Part shown: positions 49,767 through 60,475 of the stretch, piece after piece
Layout of the letters: the number at the start of each line of letters is the position of its first letter
Position numbering within the stretch: the first letter of the stretch is position 1
NCBI GenBank assembly: GCA_964368985.1
Contig: CAYJDW010000005.1
Span: forward strand, 1,513-65,512
DNA: 64,000 nucleotides
Source: an uncultured Myxococcales bacterium
GTDB taxonomy: Bacteria > Myxococcota > UBA727 > JABDBI01
Direction of reading: 5' to 3'
Notes under the pieces: model-generated
Told to the model about the DNA's origin: nothing
The model's input: the letters and a program-made list of their open reading frames with translations, nothing else
Database searches by the model: none
Made by a program: the position numbers and the translations under genes

Positions 49767-50300
49767 TCAATTACATCTGATTAAACGCGGTTTTTCAATA
49801 ACAATTTTTTGAATTTCTAAAAACGAATCCTCCCCCTGGCCCCGACTCTCAAGTTCGATGCTGGTATTGAGCCTTATTATGGCATCTTGCCCGCAAGAAG
49901 TTCGGTGATGGGCGGGCAGCTGAAAGTTGAGAATGCCATCATGGGGCCTTGTAACCACGTGGCCAAAAAGCGGACCCCGGCTCCCACTCGCGAAGTTCTC
50001 GGCATTAAATCGAGCGGTCGTATTTTCTCTGCTTAGCAAGTAGCCATTGGCTTTGGCTGTTCCTAAATCCAAAGCATATCCAGCCGGAGCACTCACGGGC
50101 CACGCGATATTGCATGAGCTTCTTTGTGCTCCACCACTCCGAGCCTGCAAGCGATATTCTTCGAAATTAATTTCAAGATTGCCTTGTTGATCGAAAGACA
50201 GCGCCGCACTTCCTGAGGGACATCCGGTCCCACCATATGATTCTGTCTCGGCAAAAGCCCATGATGAAAGGAAAAATAAAACGATGACTATCATCCTCAT
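49767..50300 (-). CDS. Secreted hypothetical protein
   Basis: Signal peptide MRMIVIVLFFLSSWAFA. The mature protein has GTGCPSGS and 4 Cys. Confidence 0.55.
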   Translation of the reverse strand: MRMIVIVLFFLSSWAFAETESYGGTGCPSGSAALSFDQQGNLEINFEEYRLQARSGGAQRSSCNIAWPVSAPAGYALDLGTAKANGYLLSRENTTARFNAENFASGSRGPLFGHVVTRPHDGILNFQLPAHHRTSCGQDAIIRLNTSIELESRGQGEDSFLEIQKIVIEKPRLIRCN

Positions 50301-50437
50301 AAGAACTCCTGGTGTTTTACGTCGTGAGGATTAGGAGGGCTTAATATAATAAATCGTTTCTGGACTTTTAGGCGTTGATCTATTAATCCACAGTCGCCCG
50401 AAGCAAGTACCCTCGAGCGTCGGTACGTAGATATAAA

Positions 50438-51442
50438 TTAAGGCTGCATTTGACTCATAAATAACTTTTGCCTCACAGGCTCGGCAGCATACATCTTCTT
50501 GGCCTCGTGCCCTACCCCTGCAACTGTTATGAGATAGTGACGATTTTTTGGATAATATTTCTTAAGATGGGCCACAAAATTCATCCCACGCGAAAAACGA
50601 TTTGTCCCCTGCAACATTGCGGCACGGCTGGTATCTAGATCGAGGTGCTTAGGATCCGAATCATTTTCGCCCAATATATAATAGACATTTCTTTTCAAAT
50701 ATTCTTTTCGCATTTGTTTTTCATCCAGTGAGCTGGAATAGCTATTTCGATTTTCTAGTCCGTATTTATAATTATTATATTGTCTTATTTGCCCCCTTAA
50801 GTTTGGATTTGAAAACTTTTTTGCCTTCAGAGGATGAGGACGTTTTTTATTGAGATACGTATAGCTTGACGGATTAAGAACCAAAAAGGAAAAATTAATC
50901 TGGGGAAATTCTTGCACAATTTGGCTCGTCAGAGCATAGCGCTGTGTGAATTGTCCACCTGCGCTGTGACCACTAATAATAATTTCCGCAAGCGCCGGAA
51001 AATTACCGCTCATCATAATGCGCCTTATTATCTCGTCTAAAACGCCAAAGGAGCTTAGTTGAGACTCATCTTTGGAAAGATCTCCTTGCTTCCACCCCGC
51101 ACTATTCCAATAAGGCTCTTGTTCCCTTGTTCCATCGCTAGGAATTTTGAAATGGGGAACTAAAACCAATAGTTTTTCTTCCATATCCCCTTTTTTGGCC
51201 TCTTCTAAAACTGCTTTGAAGCGGGATGGCGCCTGACGATAATGGCATTGGATAGCGACTACTATTCGCGAAATATTTTCATCTAATTTATTCAAATCAA
51301 GGCTACTGTACAGCTCAATAATTGCTCCATCGGAATTGATAATAAAATCAGTTTTGTGCTCGCTAATATCACTGCTTTGCTGCATGGAAAATAATCTAAA
51401 GCTCGATAATAACCACAGCAAAACAAATAGTTTTAATCTCAT
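50438..51442 (-). CDS. Secreted alpha/beta-hydrolase (lipase/esterase-like)
   Basis: Signal peptide MRLKLFVLLWLLSSFRLFS (GAGGG Shine-Dalgarno upstream). Nucleophile elbow IISGHSAGGQF. Confidence 0.6.
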   Translation of the reverse strand: MRLKLFVLLWLLSSFRLFSMQQSSDISEHKTDFIINSDGAIIELYSSLDLNKLDENISRIVVAIQCHYRQAPSRFKAVLEEAKKGDMEEKLLVLVPHFKIPSDGTREQEPYWNSAGWKQGDLSKDESQLSSFGVLDEIIRRIMMSGNFPALAEIIISGHSAGGQFTQRYALTSQIVQEFPQINFSFLVLNPSSYTYLNKKRPHPLKAKKFSNPNLRGQIRQYNNYKYGLENRNSYSSSLDEKQMRKEYLKRNVYYILGENDSDPKHLDLDTSRAAMLQGTNRFSRGMNFVAHLKKYYPKNRHYLITVAGVGHEAKKMYAAEPVRQKLFMSQMQP

Positions 51443-51529
51443 AATTCCCTCAAAAATGGCCATCGGCGGATCTTTTCGGCGTGAGAGCAAAAAAGTTTCC
51501 TCTAGGGCCATTTCAGTTTGATAGAGGAA

Positions 51530-52162
51530 TTATTTTTGCTGGATCTTTAAACGCTCTACTAGTTTTTCAAACGATGTTGCGTGAACGAGGGTGGCCATTT
51601 GATTTTGATAGCGCTCGATCAAGTCATGGCGTGACCGAGTTTTAGCATCGCTAAGAGCGGTATAAAGCCGTGTATAAGCAAGCTCTGCGTTGATAAAGAA
51701 TGCAATCGATTCTTGCACCACCGACACGCTGGAATGGCTGATGGAGGTGGTGGTTGCTTGGAAAGTATATTCGTGATCTTCGGAATTCTTGATGCGCAAA
51801 AGAGCGGTGATCTTGGCATCGGATTTTCGTTGGCTTGCGCGATCGAGATGAGCACTGACATTAAAATCCACGATGGAAATGGAATCGAGCGAGCAAAAGC
51901 TTTCATTATAGCACTTGATCAGGGCATCAAAGCATGCGTCAACTAAGCCTACACCAGTGCCTAATACGGTCTTTTTTTTGGGCTTTCCTTCAGATATTTC
52001 TACTAGTTTGGCCTCAAGCTTCGCCGAACTCTCTTCAAAATTCTCACTAAGTTTAAGGCCGACTATTTGGATCTCTACGAGACTCTGGCCTAAAACTTCT
52101 TTGGCCAACTTTATTACCTGTTCAGCGCGTTGATCACATACAAAGTTACTATTGAAGCTCAT
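51530..52162 (-). CDS. Hypothetical cytoplasmic protein
   Basis: 210 aa with no signal peptide. Faint resemblance of TGVGLVDACFDALIK to regulatory domains of the IPMS family, which I cannot confirm. Confidence 0.45.
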   Translation of the reverse strand: MSFNSNFVCDQRAEQVIKLAKEVLGQSLVEIQIVGLKLSENFEESSAKLEAKLVEISEGKPKKKTVLGTGVGLVDACFDALIKCYNESFCSLDSISIVDFNVSAHLDRASQRKSDAKITALLRIKNSEDHEYTFQATTTSISHSSVSVVQESIAFFINAELAYTRLYTALSDAKTRSRHDLIERYQNQMATLVHATSFEKLVERLKIQQK

Positions 52163-52263
52163 TTTTTCCTCGCCAAATTATTAAGTGATCCATTTGCAAT
52201 GCTCAACTTTTTTTGTAGTTGAGCAAAAAGGCCACTGCAGCAATGACACCTTCTTCACTATAA

Positions 52264-53226
<963 letters not shown>

Positions 53227-53286
53227 CCCACAAATGCTTTTTGTCGCTTTGCTAATATATATCCTAGTTGCCCACCACAACATCCC

Positions 53287-53413
53287 CCTCGCCCGCTTGC
53301 GGGAGAGGGCTCGGGGTGAGGGTGGAGTGACTCATACAATGGTTTCTTATCGACAAAAAGTTATGTTTTTGTATCTCCACCCTCTCCCTAGCCTCTCCCG
53401 CAAGCGGGCGAGG
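53287..53413. repeat. REP-like palindromic element (CCTCGCCCGCTTGCGGGAGAGGGCTCGGGGTGAGGGTGGAG ... CTCCACCCTCTCCCTAGCCTCTCCCGCAAGCGGGCGAGG)
   Basis: About 40-bp inverted arms. Each arm contains a CCCGCTTGCGGG mini-hairpin. Sits between mdh and sdhC. Confidence 0.8.
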
Positions 53414-53445
53414 AGTTGTTGTGCTTGAATGAAGGAACAGTACCC

Positions 53446-54129
53446 ATGCAAAAACAAAATATTTTTTGCTCCACCATCGGTAAAAAGTGGCTCGTTGCCA
53501 TCACCGGCCTCTTCATGGTCTTTTTTGTGGTGGTTCATTTGCTCGGCAATTTGGGAATTTTTTCAGGCCCAGAAGCAACCAATAAATACGCAGCTTTTCT
53601 AAAAAGCATTCCGATGCTTTTGTGGGGCTTTCGCTGCGCGCTGATCGTTTCCGTCGTGGCCCACGTTTGGCTCACCATCGATCTCACGCGTCTAAATCGT
53701 CGAGCGCGGCCTGAATTCTACGCAGACAAAAAAAACCGCAAAGCAAATTTTAGTTCCCGCTATATGCTGTGGAGCGGCCTCACCGTGCTGATGTTTGTGT
53801 GCTATCACCTGGCCCACTATACGCTCGGTGTGACCAATCCCGAATATTTCGATCTGCATGATCAAGAAGGCCGTCACCATGTCTACAACATGATGGTAAT
53901 GGGATTTTCTAACCCTTTCATATCAGCATTTTATATCGTCGCCCAAGGCTTGCTCGCCATGCATTTAAGCCACGGGATTTCTTCGGCGGCCCGCACCTTG
54001 GGAGTGGGCGATCGGCATCTGTTTCGGCGCATTCAAACAGGAGGAAAAATTCTTTCCGCGGTGATTGCGATCCTGTTTATTTCTATCCCGGTGGCCGTTC
54101 TTCTTGGTTATTTGCCCCTTGCTCATTAA
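53446..54129 (+). CDS. sdhC: Succinate dehydrogenase cytochrome b subunit (single large type-B anchor)
   Basis: Five TM helices with conserved His residues. Immediately upstream of sdhA/sdhB. There is no separate sdhD. Confidence 0.7.
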   Translation: MQKQNIFCSTIGKKWLVAITGLFMVFFVVVHLLGNLGIFSGPEATNKYAAFLKSIPMLLWGFRCALIVSVVAHVWLTIDLTRLNRRARPEFYADKKNRKANFSSRYMLWSGLTVLMFVCYHLAHYTLGVTNPEYFDLHDQEGRHHVYNMMVMGFSNPFISAFYIVAQGLLAMHLSHGISSAARTLGVGDRHLFRRIQTGGKILSAVIAILFISIPVAVLLGYLPLAH

Positions 54130-54138
54130 AAAAACTCT

Positions 54139-56061
54139 GTGAGGCCTTTTATGCTTGATGCGAAAATACCGGCCGGGCCGGTCAATGAAAAATGGCAGAA
54201 TTATAAAGATTCCATGAAACCAGTAAGCCCCGCTAATAAACGCAAGTTTAAAATAATCGTGGTGGGCTCAGGTCTCGCCGGAGCATCGGCGGCGGCGAGC
54301 TTAGGGGAACTCGGCTATGGGGTTGAAGTATTTACTTTTCACGACAGCCCGCGCCGCGCACACAGTATTGCCGCACAAGGTGGCATCAACGCCGCTAAGA
54401 ATTATCAAAATGACGGCGATAGTATTCATCGACTCTTTTACGACACCATCAAGGGTGGCGATTTTCGCGCGCGTGAAGCAAATGTTCATCGCCTCGCCGA
54501 GGTCAGCGTTAATATTATCGATCAATGCGTGGCTCAAGGCGTCCCTTTCGCCAGAGATTATGGCGGGCTCCTGGACAATCGCTCTTTCGGCGGCGCTCTC
54601 GTTTCCAGAACTTTTTATGCTCGAGGACAAACCGGCCAGCAGCTTTTGATTGGCGCGTATGGAGCTCTTAGTCGGCAAGTGGGCATGGGGCGTGTGAAAC
54701 TTCATACACGCACTGAAATGCTTGATTTAATCGTAGTTAATGGGCATGCCAAAGGTATTGTGGTGCGCAATCTTGTGACGGGAGAACTGAGCTGCCATAT
54801 GGCCGATGCGGTGGTTATGGCGACGGGCGGTTATGGAGCAATTTTTTATCTCTCCACCAATGCCGTTAACTGTAACGTCACGGCTGCTTTTCGGGCTTAT
54901 AAACGCGGCGCGCTTTTTGCGAATCCTTGCTACACCCAGATTCACCCGACCTGCATCCCTGTCACCGGGGATCATCAATCAAAGCTCACCCTGATGTCGG
55001 AATCCCTAAGAAATGACGGCCGCGTTTGGGTACCAAAAAAAGTTGGCGATAAACGTAATCCTGGTGATATCCCCGAAAATGAACGGGATTATTATTTGGA
55101 GCGCAAATATCCCAGTTATGGCAACCTCGCCCCCCGCGATATTTCGTCGCGCGCAGCAAAACAAGTATGCGATGAAGGCCGTGGCGTCGGAGATTCAGGC
55201 TTAGGAGTGTATTTAGATTTTAGCGAGGCTATGACTCGTTTGGGACATGACACCATCGCTGGACGCTATGCCAATCTTTTTGAAATGTATGAAAAGATCA
55301 CCGGCGAAGATCCCTATAAAATGCCCATGCGCATTTATCCGGCGTCCCACTATACCATGGGCGGTTTATGGGTCGATTACGAACTCATGAGCAATCTGCC
55401 AGGCCTTTTTGTTTTAGGGGAAGCGAATTTTAGTGATCACGGCGCTAATCGCTTGGGAGCGAGTGCCCTCATGCAAGGTCTTGCCGATGGTTATTTTGTC
55501 TTGCCCTACACCATCTGTCGCTATCTAAACGAGACCAAAGCAGGCCTGGCTGATGCCAAAGGGCCGGAGGCTAAAGAGGCGCTTCAATCCACCGATGATC
55601 GCATCGCACGTTTATTTTCCATCAAAGGAAAAAGTTCTCCTGATAGTTTTCATCGCAGTTTAGGAAAAATTATTTGGGACTATTGCGGCATGGGTCGGAC
55701 GCAGGCCGGTTTAACCAAAGCCCTGTCGCTCATTCCACCCCTTCGCGAACAGTTTTATAAGGATCTAGCTTTGGCGGGAAGCGGCAATCAGTTTAATCAA
55801 ATGCTCGAAAAAGCTCTTCGGGTGGCTGATTTCTTGGAATTTGGTGAAGTGATGTGTCACGACGCATTGGTTCGTGAAGAATCTTGCGGTGGTCATTTTC
55901 GCGAAGAATATCAAACCAAGGATGGCGAAGCTTTACGTAACGATGAAGATTTTTGCTACGTCGCGGCTTGGGGCTATCAAGGTGAAGGAAAAAAACCTGA
56001 GCTCACCAAAGAACCCTTACATTTTGACAGCATTGAGCTTCAACAGAGGAGCTATAAGTGA
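54139..56061 (+). CDS. sdhA: Succinate dehydrogenase/fumarate reductase flavoprotein subunit
   Basis: [16 protein letters not shown], the FAD-attachment region [12 protein letters not shown], and 640 aa. Confidence 0.9.
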   Translation: MRPFMLDAKIPAGPVNEKWQNYKDSMKPVSPANKRKFKIIVVGSGLAGASAAASLGELGYGVEVFTFHDSPRRAHSIAAQGGINAAKNYQNDGDSIHRLFYDTIKGGDFRAREANVHRLAEVSVNIIDQCVAQGVPFARDYGGLLDNRSFGGALVSRTFYARGQTGQQLLIGAYGALSRQVGMGRVKLHTRTEMLDLIVVNGHAKGIVVRNLVTGELSCHMADAVVMATGGYGAIFYLSTNAVNCNVTAAFRAYKRGALFANPCYTQIHPTCIPVTGDHQSKLTLMSESLRNDGRVWVPKKVGDKRNPGDIPENERDYYLERKYPSYGNLAPRDISSRAAKQVCDEGRGVGDSGLGVYLDFSEAMTRLGHDTIAGRYANLFEMYEKITGEDPYKMPMRIYPASHYTMGGLWVDYELMSNLPGLFVLGEANFSDHGANRLGASALMQGLADGYFVLPYTICRYLNETKAGLADAKGPEAKEALQSTDDRIARLFSIKGKSSPDSFHRSLGKIIWDYCGMGRTQAGLTKALSLIPPLREQFYKDLALAGSGNQFNQMLEKALRVADFLEFGEVMCHDALVREESCGGHFREEYQTKDGEALRNDEDFCYVAAWGYQGEGKKPELTKEPLHFDSIELQQRSYK

Positions 56062-56807
56062 AAAATATTTCAGTCACTCTTAAAATTTGGCGACAGGCTT
56101 CCACCGATGCGAAGGGCGAATTTTTCACGCTTAAAGCCGATGATATTTCTCCAGACATGTCTTTCTTAGAAATGCTCGACGTCGTCAATGAAAAACTTAT
56201 CAAGGATGGTAGCGAGCCCGTTGCCTTTGAATCAGATTGTCGCGAGGGCATTTGTGGCGCCTGCTCACTAGTAATCAACGGCATTGCTCATGGTCCTAAA
56301 CCTGGCACCACCACTTGCCAATTACATATGCGATCTTTTAAGAATGGCGACGTTATCACCATTGAGCCATTTCGCTCAAAAGCTTTTCCCTTGATCAAAG
56401 ATCTCGTGGTCGACCGCAGTGCTTTTGATCGCATTATTCAGGCAGGGGGCTTCATCTCCGCCAATACCGGCGGCGCTCCTGATGCCAATAGTGTTCCTAT
56501 TAGCAAAAAAATGGCGGAACACGCCTTTGATGCAGCAGCTTGCATCGGTTGCGGCGCATGCGTTGCTGCATGCAAAAACTCATCGGCCATGTTATTTGTC
56601 GGTGCTAAAATTAGCCACTTGTCTCATTTACCACAAGGCCATCCTGAGCGCTCCGAACGCATACAACACATGGTGCTCACCATGGATGAAGAACAATTCG
56701 GTTCGTGCACTAACACGCTGGAATGTGAAGCAGTATGTCCAAAGGAAATTAGTACTGAAGTAATTGGCCAGATGAATCGCGAGCTCATGCTCTCGTTAGC
56801 TAGGTGA
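56058..56807 (+). CDS. sdhB: Succinate dehydrogenase iron-sulfur subunit
   Basis: Cys clusters [20 protein letters not shown] and [12 protein letters not shown]. Confidence 0.9.
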   Translation: MKNISVTLKIWRQASTDAKGEFFTLKADDISPDMSFLEMLDVVNEKLIKDGSEPVAFESDCREGICGACSLVINGIAHGPKPGTTTCQLHMRSFKNGDVITIEPFRSKAFPLIKDLVVDRSAFDRIIQAGGFISANTGGAPDANSVPISKKMAEHAFDAAACIGCGACVAACKNSSAMLFVGAKISHLSHLPQGHPERSERIQHMVLTMDEEQFGSCTNTLECEAVCPKEISTEVIGQMNRELMLSLAR

Positions 56808-56892
56808 TAAATTTCAAGGATTAATTAGTCCTCAACGAAGGTTATGACCGGCACTATTCTGCAGGCTTGTGGCAAATCATTGAGGATTTCTT

Positions 56893-59583
56893 ATGTTTAA
56901 AACTCGCTTATTAAAGAGCCTTGTGGGTTATTTCCTTATTACCTCATCATTCAATCTCTACGGCAATAATCTCGATTTATTTAAGGCTATTAACAGGAAT
57001 GACATTAACTTTCTGGTAGCCGAGAAGCTGGAAGGCAAAAAGGGTATATTTAATCGCGCAGGACATACCTTGCTTTATAGCGCTGTTGAGCTGGGACATC
57101 TGAAAATAGTGAAGCATTTGCTTGAATGCGGTTTTGATCCTAATGAAACTAATGACCCTGGCCGGGGCTCGAAAATTTTACCAAAGAGCGTGAGTACCAC
57201 CAATCCTCAACTCCTCAAATATGCCAACCAAGGGGAACTCTCGCCGAGAAGACGCAGTATTTCCTACTGTGAAACGCCTATTACCAGAACTCCGATTACT
57301 GCATTGTTAAAAACTGAACCAAAAGATCATGATCTAGAGATTGCTTACCTCCTGTTAGATTATGGGGCTAGCGTCGGCGATTCTCAAAAATATGGCCTCT
57401 ATTTACCCACCGACTTCTTACTTAAGAAACTTTTTGATCTATCTCAGACCTACCAGCACATAAATAAACCGGAAAATAAACATTTCTTACGAATAAAAAA
57501 CCTCGTCGCAAAATCCATGGTCGATGCTGATTTTCGGGCAAAGCTAATGCCCTTATGGTATCTCTTCGCCAACAGCAAAACTACTGCGGAAATTATTGAT
57601 AGATTGAGCCTATCGGGAGCGACAAAGCTTAGTCTCGATGCTCTCAAAGATTTCTTGCCTTTAGTTATAAATTGGGAACTCGATATAACTACTCCAACGC
57701 CTGACATAGCTTTAATAACCTATCAAAAAATATATAAGCTCATGAGCGAAGAGCAAAAATTCATCATGCTCTACAAATACTTGCATCTATGGTCAAAAAA
57801 GCAGGGGGATGTCATTCATAAAAATGTCACCCCCATATCCACTCGAAAACTATTGGCATTGGATCCGCTTCAAGTTGCTGAAACAATTTTTTTTATCGAT
57901 AAACAAAACTTCCTAGCAGTGCCAACCAAAGCCATTACTCTCAAATATTCTCTCCGACAAAGTACGCCACAACTAGCGCAATTTATTTCTCGCATAGATG
58001 GCTTAGGCGAGCTCGTGGCGCTCTCCATTGTTGAGGCAAAGAAAACTGAAAAAGCCAAAATATTTTGGAGAGACGTGGCGCTGCAATTGGAAAATTTTGG
58101 TGATTTTTTTGGACTTAATTGTATTCGCGCTGGTCTAGATAATCCGAGTGTAAGCCGCCTCACTTCCGTAGAAAATATAACTTCTAAATTCGTCAACGTA
58201 GCGAGTCATGAGCCTTATCGCTTGGCCAAGGAGGGGAGAAGGGCACTTGGTTTTATTCCTACCATTGTCAAAGAAGGGGGTTTGCTGGAAAATTATCTTA
58301 GCAACACCGAAACGCCTGACCTGTTTTCTGACGATAAAGGGGGCTTAGCCGACCAAATTAAAAGATTTGAAAAAGAAATAGATGACGCCAGAACAGCCTT
58401 GAAACAAAATGAACGAGGCCATTTGAAGGTTGACGCAAATTTATATGGTTTTTTATCAACTCTCAAGCCCTTGAAAAATCGTACTGAGTTGCTGTCCTTG
58501 GCCCAAATAACCTACGGCAAATTTCCGGCCTTGAGTCATCCTTATGCTGAAGGCTGGGATACGAGGGACTTCTTCTTGTGGTGGAAAACTTGGGATCTAA
58601 AAATTAAGATACGTGAACTTATCAAATTAGATATTAGCGACGGTCCATCCTTGCTTGAGGAATATGCCTTTCATTTAGCTCATCCAAAGCACGAAATATC
58701 TAAGTCCTTGGAAAACTTATTTTTGACTTACAAGACCTATTGCGAAGTAAATGCCACTACGCCGCTTGCGAACATAAATGATAAAACCTATGAAAATAAA
58801 TTAATCTTAAATCCTCAGAGCCCTTTCGCTTGGCTCATGTGGCTCAGAAACAAGGGCCTCGCCGAGGAAATCCCCCGGCTTTTCGCCAACAAGATCGATA
58901 ATTTTGAAACCTTTTTGCTAGAAAGGCAAATGAAAGGCCCTTTCACCTCTTATGGCCGTGACACCAATCAAGCTTTAGAACAATTGTTTAAAACCTATGA
59001 GCTGACGACGAGGTTGCCTGAACATATCGAAGATTGGGAGCTAAATCATATTGAAGCATGGTTATTCATCAAAGGTCTTGAGCACCTGACACCCGCCATA
59101 CTTTTTGACCTGAGAGAAAACCCTCATAGTTTTTGGGCCTATTGCTACTTTCTAAAAATCAATTCCATGGAAGCCATTCATTCATCTATCATTAACGACT
59201 GGATGTATCCCGTCCTTGATGAAATGAGAAAAGAATTTAGCATTGAGGAAGCACTAGATCGCTTAAGCGATACCAAAGTTGAGGGCAAAGAATTACTTGC
59301 TAGCCCCTTATATTTTTTGAGTGCACTTAGACAAATCGTAGCGGATGGTTCGTCGATGATTGATGCGATACCTAAATTTTACGCGGCTAATATCTTCTCT
59401 TTTTTGGCAATAAATAAAGCCCTAAAAATTAAAAAAAATGCGTTGCAAGAAATTGGATTAACGAGTGATCAGATAACTAAATTTAATTTGTATCGGCAGG
59501 AAAAAAGAATTATGAAACATCGATCGACAAATCTGAGATTACGATCTCCGAGAAAGGCACACGAAAACGACAAAATGTTATAG
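56893..59583 (+). CDS. Large ankyrin-repeat-containing protein (896 aa)
   Basis: N-terminal ANK repeats (NLDLFKAINRNDINFLVAEKL..., GHTLLYSAVELGHLKIVKHLLECGFDPNETN, ...LEIAYLLLDYGASVGD). The remaining ~700 aa are unassigned. AT-rich. Confidence 0.65.
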   Translation: MFKTRLLKSLVGYFLITSSFNLYGNNLDLFKAINRNDINFLVAEKLEGKKGIFNRAGHTLLYSAVELGHLKIVKHLLECGFDPNETNDPGRGSKILPKSVSTTNPQLLKYANQGELSPRRRSISYCETPITRTPITALLKTEPKDHDLEIAYLLLDYGASVGDSQKYGLYLPTDFLLKKLFDLSQTYQHINKPENKHFLRIKNLVAKSMVDADFRAKLMPLWYLFANSKTTAEIIDRLSLSGATKLSLDALKDFLPLVINWELDITTPTPDIALITYQKIYKLMSEEQKFIMLYKYLHLWSKKQGDVIHKNVTPISTRKLLALDPLQVAETIFFIDKQNFLAVPTKAITLKYSLRQSTPQLAQFISRIDGLGELVALSIVEAKKTEKAKIFWRDVALQLENFGDFFGLNCIRAGLDNPSVSRLTSVENITSKFVNVASHEPYRLAKEGRRALGFIPTIVKEGGLLENYLSNTETPDLFSDDKGGLADQIKRFEKEIDDARTALKQNERGHLKVDANLYGFLSTLKPLKNRTELLSLAQITYGKFPALSHPYAEGWDTRDFFLWWKTWDLKIKIRELIKLDISDGPSLLEEYAFHLAHPKHEISKSLENLFLTYKTYCEVNATTPLANINDKTYENKLILNPQSPFAWLMWLRNKGLAEEIPRLFANKIDNFETFLLERQMKGPFTSYGRDTNQALEQLFKTYELTTRLPEHIEDWELNHIEAWLFIKGLEHLTPAILFDLRENPHSFWAYCYFLKINSMEAIHSSIINDWMYPVLDEMRKEFSIEEALDRLSDTKVEGKELLASPLYFLSALRQIVADGSSMIDAIPKFYAANIFSFLAINKALKIKKNALQEIGLTSDQITKFNLYRQEKRIMKHRSTNLRLRSPRKAHENDKML

Positions 59584-59586
59584 CGT

Positions 59587-60426
59587 ATGAACATGGATAA
59601 CTTATCAAACCTCCAAAAGAATAATGGAGTGAAACGCTCAATCGCTTGTTGCACGGCAGCAAGCTTTCAGCTCGCACGTCTTTTAGAATTTATTAAAACA
59701 CATAATGAATCGGCAAAGTTTTTCCGCAGCGGCAATGTCGTTCACCGAAGCTATGGCGCTAACGACGGAGATGTCTTTTATTTTTCCTACGGAACCATTG
59801 TCATGTGGGGATTATCAAAAGAGGAGGAAGAAGCCGTTTTGGTGGAAGCTCGCTTCTTTGAAGAAGCTCCCATTGAGGCAGTAGAATGGGAAGAGTCTCT
59901 TTATTCACAAGGGGAAAGCGCCAAAATTATTAAAGACAGTATTACGTTGCCCTCGAGCAATGTACTTACCAAATTGGCTTTCTCTCATGGGCTAGCCCAA
60001 TCGGTTAAATTGGCTGTTTTTGAAAAGGTTGTAGAACGTCGTATCGAGCAATCTCGCTATGCTCCTGAGAGCCTCGCCAAGTATGGGCGTATTGGAATGA
60101 CACGCAAACAATTAGCGATGATGATTGGCCAAATTGTTCTCGACCGTAACTCAATTAATTTTCATACCGATATTTTGGATACTCCTGAATTTTTTTGGGA
60201 GCACAGTGATTTAGAACCGCTTTATCGTTTGATTGCGCAAGATTTGGATATCGTTGCGCGTGTAAATGTGCTTAATAAACGGCTCGATATTTTGAAGGAA
60301 CTATTTGAGATATTAAGCAATGAGATTGAAAACCGTCATTCATCGACTCTTGAATGGATCGTAATTATTCTTATTTCCATGGAAGTGGTGGTAACTTTTG
60401 CCAAAGAAATTTTTCACTTAATTTAG
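59587..60426 (+). CDS. RMD1/DUF155-family protein with a C-terminal TM helix
   Basis: [18 protein letters not shown]...[16 protein letters not shown] matches the DUF155 signature (C.AESY.L..L / DVF.F.YG..VFW). Confidence 0.6.
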   Translation: MNMDNLSNLQKNNGVKRSIACCTAASFQLARLLEFIKTHNESAKFFRSGNVVHRSYGANDGDVFYFSYGTIVMWGLSKEEEEAVLVEARFFEEAPIEAVEWEESLYSQGESAKIIKDSITLPSSNVLTKLAFSHGLAQSVKLAVFEKVVERRIEQSRYAPESLAKYGRIGMTRKQLAMMIGQIVLDRNSINFHTDILDTPEFFWEHSDLEPLYRLIAQDLDIVARVNVLNKRLDILKELFEILSNEIENRHSSTLEWIVIILISMEVVVTFAKEIFHLI

Positions 60427-60475
60427 GGCGATTTTCGTCGCCATTTTTGCTATTACCCATAAAAAAAGGAGCACC

